The notes under the pieces: generated by a model
The model's input: only the letters and a program-made list of their open reading frames with translations
Database searches by the model: none
What the model was told of the DNA's origin: nothing
Assembly: GCF_001194135.2 (NCBI RefSeq)
Contig: NC_068981.1
Span: 39,176,824-39,216,699, forward strand
Direction of reading: 5' to 3'
DNA from: Octopus bimaculoides
Taxonomy: Eukaryota
DNA: 39,876 bases
Shown: positions 12,201 through 24,987 of the stretch, piece by piece
Numbering within the stretch: position 1 is the stretch's first letter
Layout of the letters: each line of letters starts with the position of its first letter
Position numbers and translations under genes: made by a program

Positions 12201-14429
12201 TTATCTATCATGATAATTGTTTTTATTTTAAAGACTTCTCAGGGGAGTTTTTGTCTACTTATATCATAAATATTCTCAGTGTGACTGGATTCTTCAAATT
12301 ACTAAAATACACGTGATATGTAATTTATTGACTGTGTATTTTTTCCATCTTGTATTTCTCATGATTAACTGAAGGTTCTTGATAATCAATGGAGCGTGAG
12401 CCACCCAGGGTAGCCCTTGAGTTTGCCTCAGGTTTAATCATCAGACTCAAAAGTGCTACCCACATAAAAGTGTTACCTGAGACAGACTCCCCACCACACC
12501 ACTACCACCAGCTACACTATTATTGATAATCTTTTTCTCAGTTTAGCTACACATACACAATATAATTTTGAGATTCACTCTACACATTAATGGAAGATCA
12601 TATCTGACTCATACTTCTTGATTTATCTCTTTGGATCTGGTATATTTACAGCTTAAGTTTATTCTATCCACTACAAACTGAAAGAGCAAAGAGTAAGAAA
12701 GTAATTATGAATTTATAAGTGGGTAAACTTAAAATATTTGCTCATATTTTCAGTATATCATTTTTCTTTAAAAACAACATAAAAAATAGATATAGTGCTA
12801 ATACAAACAAAATATGTTGTTATTTGCACTAATTAACTCTGCTGAACTGATCTCATTTATAGATGGTGTTTCCATAAGGTTATAAATTGAGTTGATGTTT
12901 AATCAGTGAAATAAAAATTTAATTTGTTACTAAACATGAAAACAATTTTTAAAAAATGTTTACCTTTCAAAGCTAAACAAAAAGGAAAATGAGTATTGAT
13001 AGCTCCATTATTTTGTTGATAAACATATGATACTTACCTGCTTAATTATATGCAATAACAACATTAGAAAAGACGAATTTGAAGTAAATGTTTTTAAATC
13101 ATTATATTATCTGTTAATACTTTTAAATTCAGTGATAGATAAAGTTGTCTTTTATATGGCTTTATACTCCTCTGCCTCACTCAATGGCTTCAATAGAAAA
13201 ATTAGTGAAAAGAGTATTTGAAAAATAAGAAAACTTAAAATATTAATTCTGTATGATTTTGAAATTTATGCTATTTCTTAGGAAATAGTTTTAAATATTT
13301 TTTCATTAATGTTTATCAAAATGTGTGAAACAGTGGGAATACTATCTGAGTCATTTTGCTAACTATGTATAACACACACTCACAAATGTACACACACACA
13401 TCTGCACACATGCATGTATGTGTTTCACAGAAGTGGAATAAATGAGATCAAACACCTATTCCACTGTTTATCTTATTTATTCTATAGCTCTTCATCTTCT
13501 CATCATCTCTTCTACTCACCATGTCACCCATCTATAACTGAGAACAAAGCACACAGCTTATGCATGCTAAATATCTCCAGCTCCTTTACTTTTAGCTCCA
13601 CCTCCTATAACTTGCTTCTCCTCTTTTCTCTATCTTTCAGTAGGATAGGATTGCATCTTTGCAGCCTTTACCTACCCTGTGTGATTATTCTGTGACCATG
13701 CTCTCATAGAGATTCTCTTTTGAAGATTTACTCTGGCTCCACATCCATCATTCTATTCTTCTATTTACATCACTCTACCAATATGAAACATGAATTAGAA
13801 TTGTATCTCCTACTAAACCTACTCCACAGCCCTTATCACTCACCCTGACATTGTGTTTCCCTTTAACTCCTATTATCTATTCTCAGCTTACCATTTCTTC
13901 ATACACCACAATACCCACACATGTTTAATGTGGGTAGCATTTATTCTTCCTTAATCCTCCTTTCCATCCTATCACTCTATATCTTTTTCTCACGAACCCC
14001 AACAAAAGCTAATTTACCCCCTATTTTTCCTACTACCTTACCCACTTCCCTATTATTTTTTCAGCCAGTCACTCATCTGCCATTTACAGCCAATAGTATA
14101 TTTGTGTAACTCCAATAAGAACTGGCTTGGACACTGACATCCCATCCAACTCAAGGTAAGCAGACCAACCTGCCTCATTGCCATTACTACTTTGTCCCTC
14201 CTTTCTTTCACATTAATCACTAAATTTACTCTTTCCTATCTCCTTACTCCTCTAACACTGTTCTCTCTCTTATTCTCTCCATTGCCAACTTCTCACAATA
14301 ATGGATTTGTTTCATTCATCATGGGAGCTCTCTTTTGGTTTGTAAGCTACAAGGCAATCCCACCCTCTATATTCTCTTGTGGTTAGTAAATCAAACCATG
14401 CAGCAACAATGCAGGGCTTGAGAGAGCTC

Positions 14430-14636
14430 TTTACCTGTGCTGATGGCAATGCGCTCTATAGTTTTGGTGGCATGAAAATGCACCCACTATATTCTCTAAA
14501 GTGTTTGGTATTAAGAAGGGGATACAATCATAGAAAACATGCTAGAATGAAATACTGAGCAAGATATGATTCTCTGAATTGTTGGATCTTGTCTAAATGT
14601 TCAGTCAATGCCAGCATGGAAGACATAAAATGATGA

Positions 14637-14670
<34 letters not shown>

Positions 14671-14690
14671 GATAATGATGATCATGATCC
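14430..14690 (+). mobile_element. Old retroposon 3' end with (GAT)n/(GGT)n tail
   Basis: ggtggcatgaaaatgcacccactatattctct...aagaagggga...gccagcatggaagacataaaatgatgatg, a diverged version of the same tail. Confidence 0.6.
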
Positions 14691-14732
14691 TGATCACAAT
14701 ATGCATACAATAATAAAATATACATTTATTTG

Positions 14733-14765
<33 letters not shown>

Positions 14766-14947
14766 TGCATATTTGTGTGTGTGTGTGTGTGTGTATCTTG
14801 CATAAGTCTTGTTTGTGTGAGTGTGTAATATGTTATCTATTGTTTCTGGTTGGTAAATTATTTATATGAACTTAAATATAGAAATAGATAATATTGATGT
14901 AGATTTAACAATAAAATAAAAGTACTGGAATTTATCCAATTTTCTTT

Positions 14948-15086
14948 TCAGAATGGAAAATCTGTACAATGATACTGCAACAACTGTCTTGAACTTTGGC
15001 TGTTGGCCATGTCATGGATTTCAATCTCATCCACTGTTAAAGTAATAGGTTTTTCCTGTAAGACATCCAAGCTTTGGCTAAGCTCC
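14948..15086 (-). CDS. Candidate terminal coding exon of an unidentified spliced gene: (W)ELSQSLDVLQEKPITLTVDEIEIHDMANSQSSRQLLQYHCTDFPF*
   Basis: Strong acceptor atctatcttttattgtcag|G on the minus strand, 45 open codons then TGA (14948-14950). The segment is GC-richer than its flanks and GC falls right after the stop. An AATAAA lies at 14725-14730 (-). Its phase (2) matches the upstream candidate exon. No homology search was possible. Confidence 0.55.
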
Positions 15087-18000
15087 CTGACAATAAAAGA
15101 TAGATATTTGCTTCAAAGACACGGAGTTGGTTACATTTTCTTTGATCTATTGCCAATACTATTCATTTGCTGAAGGTAAAACAAAATAGCAAATTTGGAA
15201 TGCATTCCTTTATATTTTTGGGACGTGTTAGTCGGCGAATCTCTTTAAAACATTATCATCTACATAAATGTGAGAATGGATTTAAAATTTAGACTAATAA
15301 GGATATTATTGAAAGAGTTTTTCTTTTAAATATAAGTGATTGGCTTGAAATAAAACTAATTCAGTTGTCTGTGATATTTTTTAATTATAGTTATTATTAA
15401 TAAAATACTGATGAGAGTTCTAATTTATGTTAAAAGACCTCATAATTGGACTATGTCTCTTGTTTGGTTGTAAACTCGAGGCTTGATAAAATTTGAATTG
15501 ATTCTAAATTAGTAGAATGTTATCTCCATCAGCTCATTATGTACAGACTAGCAGTAAAACAAACTTTATTCACTATGAAAATCCTCATATATAGCAGAAA
15601 TGTGCTGTAATAAATAAATTGATATATCTAATAAATGAGAAGATTTTTTGTATCAATTCTAATTGAAAGAGAAGACTTAATACTAGTCTCATCGAATTAT
15701 AATCATTTTAATGTTGTTTTCTTTGGTCTCAAGTAGAGTTATTGTTTTCTATATACATTAAAAAACAGTGAACACATGTACAGAAACCATAATTTTTTTT
15801 ACAAATTTTGCTAAGATTTTCCGTATTGAAATTTGTTTTATAATGATTTTTTCGAAGTAATACTCACCATATTATTTTGTTCAGTTTATCAATGTATTCA
15901 TCATATTTAATTCACTTTCAATGAGAATGGAAAAAAAAAGAAAACAATGTCTTTTGTTATTGACCAGATAATCAAAACCTGTAAACCTAAAGAAGAAATT
16001 TTCTTTTAAAGCAAAGCCAAACTTTTCTTTAATTCATAAATAAATAAACTCATTGAACAGTTAATACAATAATTATTTCTTCTATTAATAATATTTTCTA
16101 AACCCTATTTGATAAGTATCATCTCTTTTATATGAATGCAACAGAAAAAGTTATAAAAATAGTTCTGAAATAAAAAGAAATGTATCCTGCAAAGAAAATT
16201 GCTCATTTCATATTCATTTTGTCTTTTTTTTTTTTCTTGTACAATTTATAAAAAGCCAAAAGGAAAATAGTTTGAATATTTTTGTTATCTTATAGAATTT
16301 CTTATCTAAAGGTAGCTTCCGCCAAAATGAATTAACAAAATGAAAAAATAGATGTTTAGAATTTTTTGAACAACTTATGTAATCATGTATATGTTTGCAG
16401 GGCCTTTCATTAATTTTTTATATAAATGTATCTTCTGCAAAATGACTGAAATTGGATAGATTCCAAAACAAATGTATATTTTGCATTTTGGTTTTCATAA
16501 ATTTTTATGAACACAATGAGGATAATTATAATAGTATATTTATATATTGTGCTGGTACTGTTTATTTACCATTCTAAAAGTGATGCTAAGGAAATGTTCA
16601 GTTGTACAAAGCAGTAAAAGTACATTATCTCAGACTTAGAAAATAATTCACCAAGACTATGAAGAAAAGAATTATTACTATCTTTGTCAAGTTGAGATCT
16701 CCTTATAGACTGGGGCAGTATATTTTATATTTTGAAATCATAATTTGCTTTACATTTTGCATTAAAACATTGCTAAGTGTTGTTCCATAAAGAAATAAAC
16801 AATTTATTAATGATAGTAGCAGTCAAGCAAGTAATGTGGAACCAATGTGCTGATATTTTTGCAGATCAGGATAAGATCAGGTGGTATGTACCCTTTTATT
16901 CTCAACCAATATAACTGATTAATGTGGAAAGGTTTTGGCCTTCAAATAAGGGCTATGCAATGACATAACTGTGTAATATAATTACAAGTGTTCAGAATTT
17001 TTGATACTTTTAAGATGGGTTTCACTCAGTTTGTTTTATAACTTGATTTGAGATGGGAGTAAATAGCCTATAACCTTTCAAGGACCTTTTAGATAACAGT
17101 GTAAAGTAAGTTAATACAGTTATTATTTACTTCCCACATTTTGAAAGCTGGCTGTTGAGTTGATAATAATGGTGGGGTGGGAGATCCAAAAATATGCATA
17201 TTATGGGTTTAAGACACTGATAAGTGGAGATGTAAGTAAAGTGAGGGTTTCAAATGGAATCAGTTATTTCAGAGAACTGGAGACCATTTTCGCTGTGATA
17301 AAAATGATGAAGAAATTACACCATCTGGCAATAAGTAAGTGTTTTAGATATGCTGATAAATGTGTATTTGTCTAGAAGGTTGTTTTTGCAGTACATGAGA
17401 ATGAGTGCTGCCCTTAACATGGGAATGGTACTCTTTTGCTGGGTGTATGTGTGCAATGTAAGACAGTTACTTTTATAGTCTGAGAATATGGGTGATTAGC
17501 TAATATAAGGAGAAACAGTATTGGACTGTGATTAGTTATTCATTAGGAAATAGAGTTTTGCAGCACACTCTCAATCAATTGTTACCATTCTTTAGTCCTC
17601 TTGGACCTTCCACATACAGATGTTATACACTCACAATTCATTTGCCCAATAGCATATATGTACTGCTTCTGGAACAGACACTACAAAATGTTCTCCAATA
17701 GGGATATTTCAACTTCGTTTTCTTTAGAAATACAGAGATGCAGTCGTTAAAGATTTCATAGAAGTAATCTTGCAATACATCAACCCTGTGCATACACAGC
17801 ACATAAATAAAATCCTCACAAACAAAAGTTCGTCTTCACAATTTTTTGGCAAGATTGATTTCACATATAAAACATGCCGAAATTGTCTCTTAATCACTTG
17901 GGTTCCTCTTCAGAGTAAGGAAATATTTCATTTATGTTTGTGTCATAACTGGTAAACAACAATATCATTGTTGGTTATAGGTTTCCAACAAGCTAATCAC

Positions 18001-18398
18001 TAGTTCTATGAGGAAAGTGACAAGGGAGTGTTTGTAACTTGGAATACTTCTTAGATTGGCTTTGGTCATCCAAAAAGCTCAGGCATTACATATATTAGAA
18101 TACTGTTGGCATATCAGAAATGGTGTAGTTATTGCATACTCATATGTCCTAGATTACATTTTTAAAAAGCCATTTAAATGATTGGCTGAGACTTACAAGC
18201 ATGTTAGCACTACCTCTCACAACTGCAACAGTTACTGCTTCTTAACTAGTAATCTACATAAGCTGACGTTTATAGTTTACAACTTCTCAATATCCATACT
18301 GTGTCTAACCCACTAGATTCTGTTCAAAACACCTTCAGCAATCATTGCTACATAGAATGACACAAACATTTATAATTTCCTCCTTGCTTTAATCTCAC

Positions 18399-18503
18399 CA
18401 GTCTAGGAGGTCCCTATAAAGGGATTGTATGTTTCCCATACACACCTGGCTACATATCCAACTGCAGACAGCTTGTCCATCATTCTTTGATGCTTTTGAT
18501 ATT
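18399..18503 (-). CDS. Candidate internal coding exon (105 nt, phase 2-2): ISKASKNDGQAVCSWICSQVCMGNIQSLYRDLLD(W)
   Basis: Acceptor ...tatgctgtatag|A and strong donor CTG|GTGAGA. Open frame; TG|G joins in frame to the 15086 exon, making Trp. Confidence 0.5.
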
Positions 18504-19775
18504 CTATACAGCATATTTCAGAAAACTCTTCAAGTTTAACATTAATTTCGTACAATGTCATTATGTAAATGATAATTAGCTTTAGCCGATTTGACCTTAG
18601 TTGGAAGGATGAAAATTTGGTTGATAGGTATAATTCAAAACTAGAAAGAATGCCAATAAAAGGACAGTATTTCAATTAAAATATTTCTACTGAATGCTTC
18701 ATTAATTAAAATACTTGTAATGACAAAACAAGCAGGGAGACTTCCACATCAGTTCACAGAAGGGATATATGTAAAGTGATTATTGCTACCAAAATTTGAT
18801 AAGCCATCTGAGATAGAATGTTTACACAAAAACCTGTTTTAGAAATCCTTCTTCCCTAACATTCAATTGAGTCCCTGCATTCACACCTTAAACTAATCAC
18901 TTCACTAGTAAACCTGGCATTCACTACTGTGGGAAATTAGAGAGTGGAGTCATTGTGCAGCATTGTAAACAATGGTCTTGATTTAAAACGTACCATAACA
19001 TCACTGCCGTTATGCTTTTTATACACTGATGGAAAAAAATTGGCAAATTCAATTAAGTGTCATAATGACAGTAAAATTATTAGAACTTCAATGGTATTCA
19101 ATCTATGCTATCTTCTCCATTCATACCAAATTCACAGCTTGTTTTTCCTACAACATCTCACTTCTTCAGTTCATACTGAATACATTACACAGTCTTTTCT
19201 TGTATAATTTCAGCTTCATAGAAATGTTATGCTCTTGCTTCAATCCTTCATATTACTTTTCAACAATTCACACTAACATTCCTTAGATATTTATATCGTT
19301 CTTGAATTTCACACTGTTTTAAAATCCCATTGAAATACCCTTTTTTCTTCCTGAAAGTATTAACAAGAATGTAAAATTAAACATGTATTTGTGTGAAGTA
19401 CCTCTCCATGGTGCAGGTATAGGTTAGGTTTTTTTTTTTATGGTGGACCAGAAGTTGTTCCTGAATCTAGATCGCCTTCTCCATACTATCAATGTTATTC
19501 AAGGGAAAGTAAAGGGTGGATACATATCAACACCAGTGTTATAGCAGGCAAAACCCTAAAGAAGCAAAACATGTATCACAATATATTTGCTTATTGCTGA
19601 AATAATCCTACCAGTCCACTATACTAGAGTGATGCTTTATTTTATCAATTCTGAAAGAATTAAAGATCTCAGCAAAATTTGAACTTAGAACTAAGTTCCA
19701 AAAGTTCATTTGCCTGTCCTAATCCTTCTTGCATATTAAGAAACTCAACATAAATACAGCACTAGATAACCAGTT

Positions 19776-19809
<34 letters not shown>

Positions 19810-19851
19810 AGGGTTGTCTAGAAAGTAATGCATGTTAATGTTATATAACTA

Positions 19852-21093
19852 CAGGATACAAAATGTATTTGATAACATTTAATTTATATATTACTCTCTT
19901 CAAACCAATTAAAAGGTTTTTATTTCTTTCAGATACCCCATGGCAAGCAGAATGCTAATACAAGAAATAGAAACACATACAGTCATTGTTGCTATATGTG
20001 CAGAAAACAGCGATTTAGAAATTGCCAACTTTCAAAATGCTGCAAGATCTTCTGCACACAAACTTCATATGGAATTAGAAGCCTCTGGTGGCAATGTTTC
20101 AACTGTATCGAGAGGGAAAAAACATTCTAAGCATTTGTACACTAAAAATACTGTTATTCATAAAATGTGATCAAAATATTATTGATGATGACCTGAAAAA
20201 TCAATGAGAGCTTTTGCCAAGCAACTTCAGGTGTTGGAATGAACTATCAGAAATGTGATGCATGAGGATATTTGATGCAAGTCACATATAGTGAAAAGAG
20301 ATCAATTCCTGCCTGCAAAGACACAGCAGGAAAAACGTTTAAGCCATGCCAAAACGTTACTTAACAAGATAAAAATTCCTCACAAACATGACATGCTTTG
20401 GGTTTTCTCTGATAAGAAAACTGAAAAAGACTAAAAATTTAACATGAGAAATGAGAGATGGTTATGTGCTGGTTCTTCAAATGTCACCTGCAGTGCACGC
20501 TAAGTTTCCAGCAACTGTGATGATTTTACAAGTAGTGAATAATGAAGGTCATGCTATGCCACATCATATCTTTCCATAGAATCTTAGAATTACTACTGTT
20601 TAATACATTAAGGGGCTAGAAAAAGTTTCTAAGCCCTGCATAGTTGAAGTATGTAGTAGAAGACCATACACATTTCAACAAGACTTGGCACATTTTCTCA
20701 AAGCCCATACAACCCAAGAATGGATTTCAAACTATCTATATGATTATGTAACATCAAACTTGGAACCGCAAGTCACAAGATTTAAATTCCATGTACTACT
20801 GCATTTGAAACATTGTTGAAAGGGAGACTAACTGGCAATCCTCACAAAATCATACCTTCACTGAAGGCTGCTATTGTCCAGATGGTGTCCAAAATGAACA
20901 AGGGCCATTTAGTGCAGGCATGACTACAATTCCAGTTCTGCAACAAAGCAGTCACTGAAAGTGGATTCATAGAATTATCTTATAAGAAAACTTACATATG
21001 CACAAATTTGTATTAAAATGCATTTAGTTTTTGCTAGATTAGATGTGGGTCATTAAATTATCAAATATGTTTTCAAATACCTATTGTGCTCTG
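19852..21093 (+). mobile_element. Full-length decayed Tc1/mariner DNA transposon, DD37D (maT)-like
   Basis: TA-flanked (19850-51, 21094-95) imperfect terminal inverted repeats: tacaggatacaaaatgtatttgataaca vs reverse complement tacagagcacaataggtatttgaaaaca (22/28 match including TA). The element is ~1.24 kb and contains a transposase remnant. Confidence 0.85.
19940..20974 (+). pseudogene. Transposase pseudogene (HTH N-terminus + DD37D-type catalytic domain) with stops and frameshifts
   Basis: Starts MASRMLIQEIETHTVIVAICAENSDLEIANF... Catalytic motifs: LWVFSDKK (D at 20411-13), FQQDLAH (D at 20682-84), then after a frameshift WNRKSQDLNSMYY (WPPNSPDLNPLDY-like). There are 37 positions between the 2nd and 3rd catalytic sites; the third D is mutated to Y. 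Confidence 0.85.
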
Positions 21094-21565
21094 TATTGAT
21101 GCACTGTTTATTAGCTGATATTTTGCATATTTTAATGTATAACATTTTTACCCTAAACAACAAATTCTTGAGAATACATTTTTACAAGAATCCTGAGTTG
21201 GTTTAAGACCAACTGATACCTTTAACTCAATGATACCCACTTGATCCTTTTATTGTCTAATTGACACGACATAAAATTGTAAATTTTAGATGTAAATTGA
21301 TAGATTAAAATTCCATTTTCTACTAGGCCAGCCACCTCAGCTATATTTTAAATATACTCTTTATTTTTTTAATTATGTTTCTAACACGAAATAACAATAA
21401 ACAATAAAAGCAAGATATTTACTTATGACTAAGGCTACGGGAAAATATCCAAACTTTGAGCATTTTTTTTATTTATTAGAATGAAATCTGTTACAAGGGG
21501 AAAAAACATGAAAATTGAATTAAAAGAATTCTGTCAGAAACAATGTTGATGACAATGATGGTGAC

Positions 21566-22010
21566 CATCATCATTATCATCATCATTTAATATCCATTTC
21601 CCATGGGTTGAATGGTTTGACAGGAGCTGACCAGCTGAAGAGCTACCCAGGCTCCATGTCTGTTTTGGTTAGGTTTCCATAGTTGGATGCCCTTCCTAAT
21701 GCTAACCACTTTGCAGAGTATACTAGGTGCTTTTACACAGTACCAGAATGGGTAAATTTTTATGTGGCACCAGCACCAATTAGTCTGCAAGATTAGGATA
21801 ACTCAGGTGAAAAAGAATGCAGAATACATGCCTACATGTAAGGAAAGCCATGATTTCACTTGACTTGATGTGTCTTCTCAAGCACTGCAAAGTGCCAGAA
21901 GTCTCGGTCCTTTGTCATCTCCTCTGTGAGACCCAATATCAGAAGATCCTTTCTCACCACTTCGTTCTGCGTCTTCCTGGGATCTATTCTTTCCAAACGT
22001 TCCTTAGCAG
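21566..22010 (-). mobile_element. RTE-clade LINE 3' end (ORF C-terminus + 3'UTR + (GAT)n tail)
   Basis: Minus-strand translation PRKTQNEVVRKDLLILGLTEEMTKDRDFWHFAVLEKT resembles the RTE ORF C-terminal GRP.KTW..VV..DL..LGL...M..DR..WR pattern; followed by the shared 3'UTR. Confidence 0.8.
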
Positions 22011-23414
22011 TTTTTGCAAAAAGAAATTTTAATGAAATAAATATCACTTTGTTATGGGAATGGTAATAATGTATAAATTAAGTCTATTAATATTATTCTT
22101 TACTACTTTTCCTAAGCAGTGCAAACTGCAAATACAACACTCAGTAATTTGCATCACTCCTTGGCAATATGAAGTCATAGACCATCACGTACGTCTCCTC
22201 ACATAAACTGCTGCTTAACCGATCATTTGAGATTGCAACATGTTACAAACTTACAGATTTCAATTTTGTTGAATTCCCAAGCTTAAAATATGTATTGTTA
22301 CTGTTTTCAATACTATAATTATTTCGATAGTAATATATAATAGATATCATTGTGCATAAATGTGCATGCATAAATGTGCATGCATGTGTGTGGTGTATGT
22401 GTGTGGGTGTGGGTGTGGGTGTGCACGTGCACGCACGTGTGTGTACATTTTCCATTTATTGTGGAGTCTTCTTATTGTGGGGCATTAATTTGCACCATGA
22501 AAAATCCAGCACTAATTATAAAATAAAATAAAAATTGTAAGGTTTTTCCCTTCTCTCAATGTCCCATTCATATACTTATTTAGCTTAATTATTTATTCAG
22601 GGTTCCATGAATGATGTCCAAATAACTGTATGTGTGTCATTTAACACCAATATCCAAAATTTTCATTCTGGATATTGATATTTATTAAAAGTTTACCAAG
22701 ATGTTTTCAAGAAATATATTTATGGGAAATCATTTTGTCATAAATATCTTGATACCAAACATTAAGTTATGATGACAATTTTGAAGTCTTCTATCATAAT
22801 ACAATTTTCTTGATTTTTAGATATTTGACATCTATGATATAATATTCTTCTAAATATAATGAAGATTACTTACTTCACATTCTTACTTTGGAAATATATC
22901 TTATAAATTGTGATATATTTTAATCAGACAATATATCTCAAAATTGATATTTGGCATTTCCTGAACAGAACATTTTAGCAGTAAAAACAATACAAGGGAG
23001 AAAACAGTAATTTCCCTATTAATCTTCATTAAACTTCAGCTGAAACATATTTTGATATATTTTTTACTACATTTAGTTACCTTATTTTTACATATTTGCA
23101 TTGTTTTGGCTTAAGTAAATCATGGAGGAAGCTTCTGGATGGGTTTCTAGCTGGGTACAAATAGAAGAAAAATCTTCCTTATATCACACTCCACCTTTTT
23201 TAATATAGACACAAGGCCTGAGTTTCAGTGTGTGAGGGTGGGGTAGGGTGGGGGGGTCAAATAAATTCATCTCGGTAGATGAATGATACTTTTTTATTGA
23301 CTCTGTGAGATGAAAAGAAGATTTGACCTTGGTAGGATTTGAATTCAAAATACAAAAGGCTGGAAGAAATACTGATTTCAAATTCTGGCATAAAGCCAGC
23401 AATTTTGCGAAAAG

Positions 23415-23572
23415 GAGGGAATTAGTCATTTACATCGTCCCCAGTGTTTAACTGGTACATGCTTCATGAAGGCAAAAGTCAATCACAGTGGAATTTGAAC
23501 TCAGAGCATGCAGACAGATGATATGCAACTAAGCATTGTGCCCAGTATGTTAACAATTCTGCCAGCTCACCA
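23415..23572 (-). mobile_element. tRNA-derived SINE (decayed)
   Basis: Minus strand tggtgagctggcagaattgttaac...ctgagttcaaattccac...gacttttgccttcatg, the same family as 26442-26672. Confidence 0.65.
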
Positions 23573-23671
23573 CTTTTAAAGCTAGAAGAAATATTGCAAG
23601 TCATTGTCAGACAAATCTAACCCAATATGATTTCTCTCTCACTCTCACTCTTTCTACCTCTCTCTCTCTCT

Positions 23672-24391
23672 ATGTAATTATCTTCAACACCGATGGGATG
23701 ACTGGCCCCACACCATATGTTACTAGGGATGTGAATATAGCAACATCCCATGTTTATAAATATATTAGATCTGCCAGTACTTTTTTCAAACGAAACTTTC
23801 TTAACCACTGGTCATTCTTCAGAGTCCCAGAAAGACTGTTAGTCATGTCCCTGGCCTGCCTTGTGTGGCATCTCAAAGATCAAGAGACCCTGTGTGATAT
23901 AAGGTGGAAAGTAATTGATCACCCAGGCCCATATATTAATGGAAGTGGCTGTTGCAAAATCTGCATCGCAGAGAGACCCAAAATTCTTAAGGACTATACA
24001 AAATCTGTTGCGTTAAATAGTCGTAAAGAAGTGTTTTCTAAATGTATCCACTTTAAATACTACCTACTGGTAGCGTTTGCTGGTTAGACCCTTTCAGGTC
24101 TATAAGGGTTATTTTATCCTCTGGTTCAGGGGAGACAGCGTATCCTCATTAACATGTTTGTGTTAAAATGTATTTCTCAATTTCTGAGCGTTTCCTCATG
24201 TCGACGATGTAGAAATTTAAATTTTTGTCTTTATATAGAGTCTGACGAGCTGTCCACAAGGCTTTGGCTTTGTGGATATGAAACCTTAGGTAACTGTGTC
24301 CAAAATATTAAATTATGTTGTTGTAATAATTACTGCTCTATTCTTTAGAGTGTGCTTCTTTTCTGATATATGGTTTATTAATTAACTAACA
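23672..24391 (+). mobile_element. 5'-truncated Penelope-like element: GIY-YIG endonuclease C-terminus plus 3' terminal region with hammerhead
   Basis: ORF 23698-24087: VYKYIRSASTFFKRNFLNH...LVWHLKDQ...IRWKVI...YINGSGCCKICIAERPKIL...LNSRKEVFSKCIH, matching the typical PLE GIY-YIG tail pattern (YIG..FK.R..NH; IW.LK; C.LC..EK; LN.R.E..SKC.H). Bounded by (TC)n and (TA)n tracts. Confidence 0.85.
24236..24298 (+). ncRNA. Type I hammerhead ribozyme motif (long stem II)
   Basis: CTGACGA core at 24242-48; stem II TGTCCACAAGGC/GCTTTGTGGATA (12 bp with two G-U, TTTG loop); GAAA at 24280-83; stem III ACC/GGT with TTA loop; GUA cleavage triplet at 24290-92; stem I AGT/ACT plus extension. Sense to the PLE ORF. 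Confidence 0.75.
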
Positions 24392-24402
24392 ATATATATA
24401 TA

Positions 24403-24597
24403 TATATGGGAGAATTCAGGAAAAAACAACAGACGACAGGTGGTGCAAACAACAAATGGATGTATTAGTATAACGCTCGGGAATAGAGAAAGTCTTTAAC
24501 ATTTTGAGCCTACACTCTTCAACAGAAAGGAACACAGAAAGAAACAAGGAGAGAAAAAAAAATGTGTAGTGGTCAGCAATCTATCATGGCAAATGAT
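24403..24597 (-). mobile_element. Short repeat (pLTR-like) with hammerhead-variant motif, copy 2
   Basis: Reverse complement reads ...ctttCTGTTGAaGAGTgtagGCTCAAAATGTTaaag... with the same downstream body as the 3150 copy; flanked by (TA)n on both sides. Confidence 0.6.
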
Positions 24598-24987
24598 AGA
24601 TCTATATATATATATATATATTATATATATATATATATATATGTATGCATACATATATAAGACTCAGAGATTGAGGTATAGGAAAAAAGTTAGCTTCAAG
24701 CAATCTGTAGTAAGTATAAACTACAACTTCCAGGGACAATTGTGATTTATTGAGATGGAAGGTTGTGGATCTTTTTACATATCAAAGTATAATAAACTGA
24801 AAAAAGTTCTTTTTACATTTCATGGAAGGCGACCAGGCATGCGAATAAGAATACAAAAGTTAAGGAATGGAGGAGATAAGATCCGGGCTACATGTTGCAT
24901 AGTAAGAGGAAACTCAGAAGTGGTAAATATCCAAGCAAGATGTATACAGCAGGCTTCCATTCTGTAACTCTTGTATAACTGTGTATA

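Noticed and set aside
13034-13095. Strong minus-strand donor GCAG|GTAAGT
   Set aside because: All frames from the nearest acceptor contain stops.
15863-15915. Minus-strand donor ATG|GTGAGT after IKYDEYIDKLNKII
   Set aside because: The only available acceptor puts a TGA first in that frame.
19806-19835. Mariner-TIR-like atgagggttgtctagaaagtaatgc just upstream of the DD37D element
   Set aside because: No matching partner repeat found in the window, so it cannot be called an element end.
23795-23825. CTGAAGA-TGACC/GGTTA-GAAA antisense inside the PLE ORF
   Set aside because: No valid stem III or stem I; coincidental.
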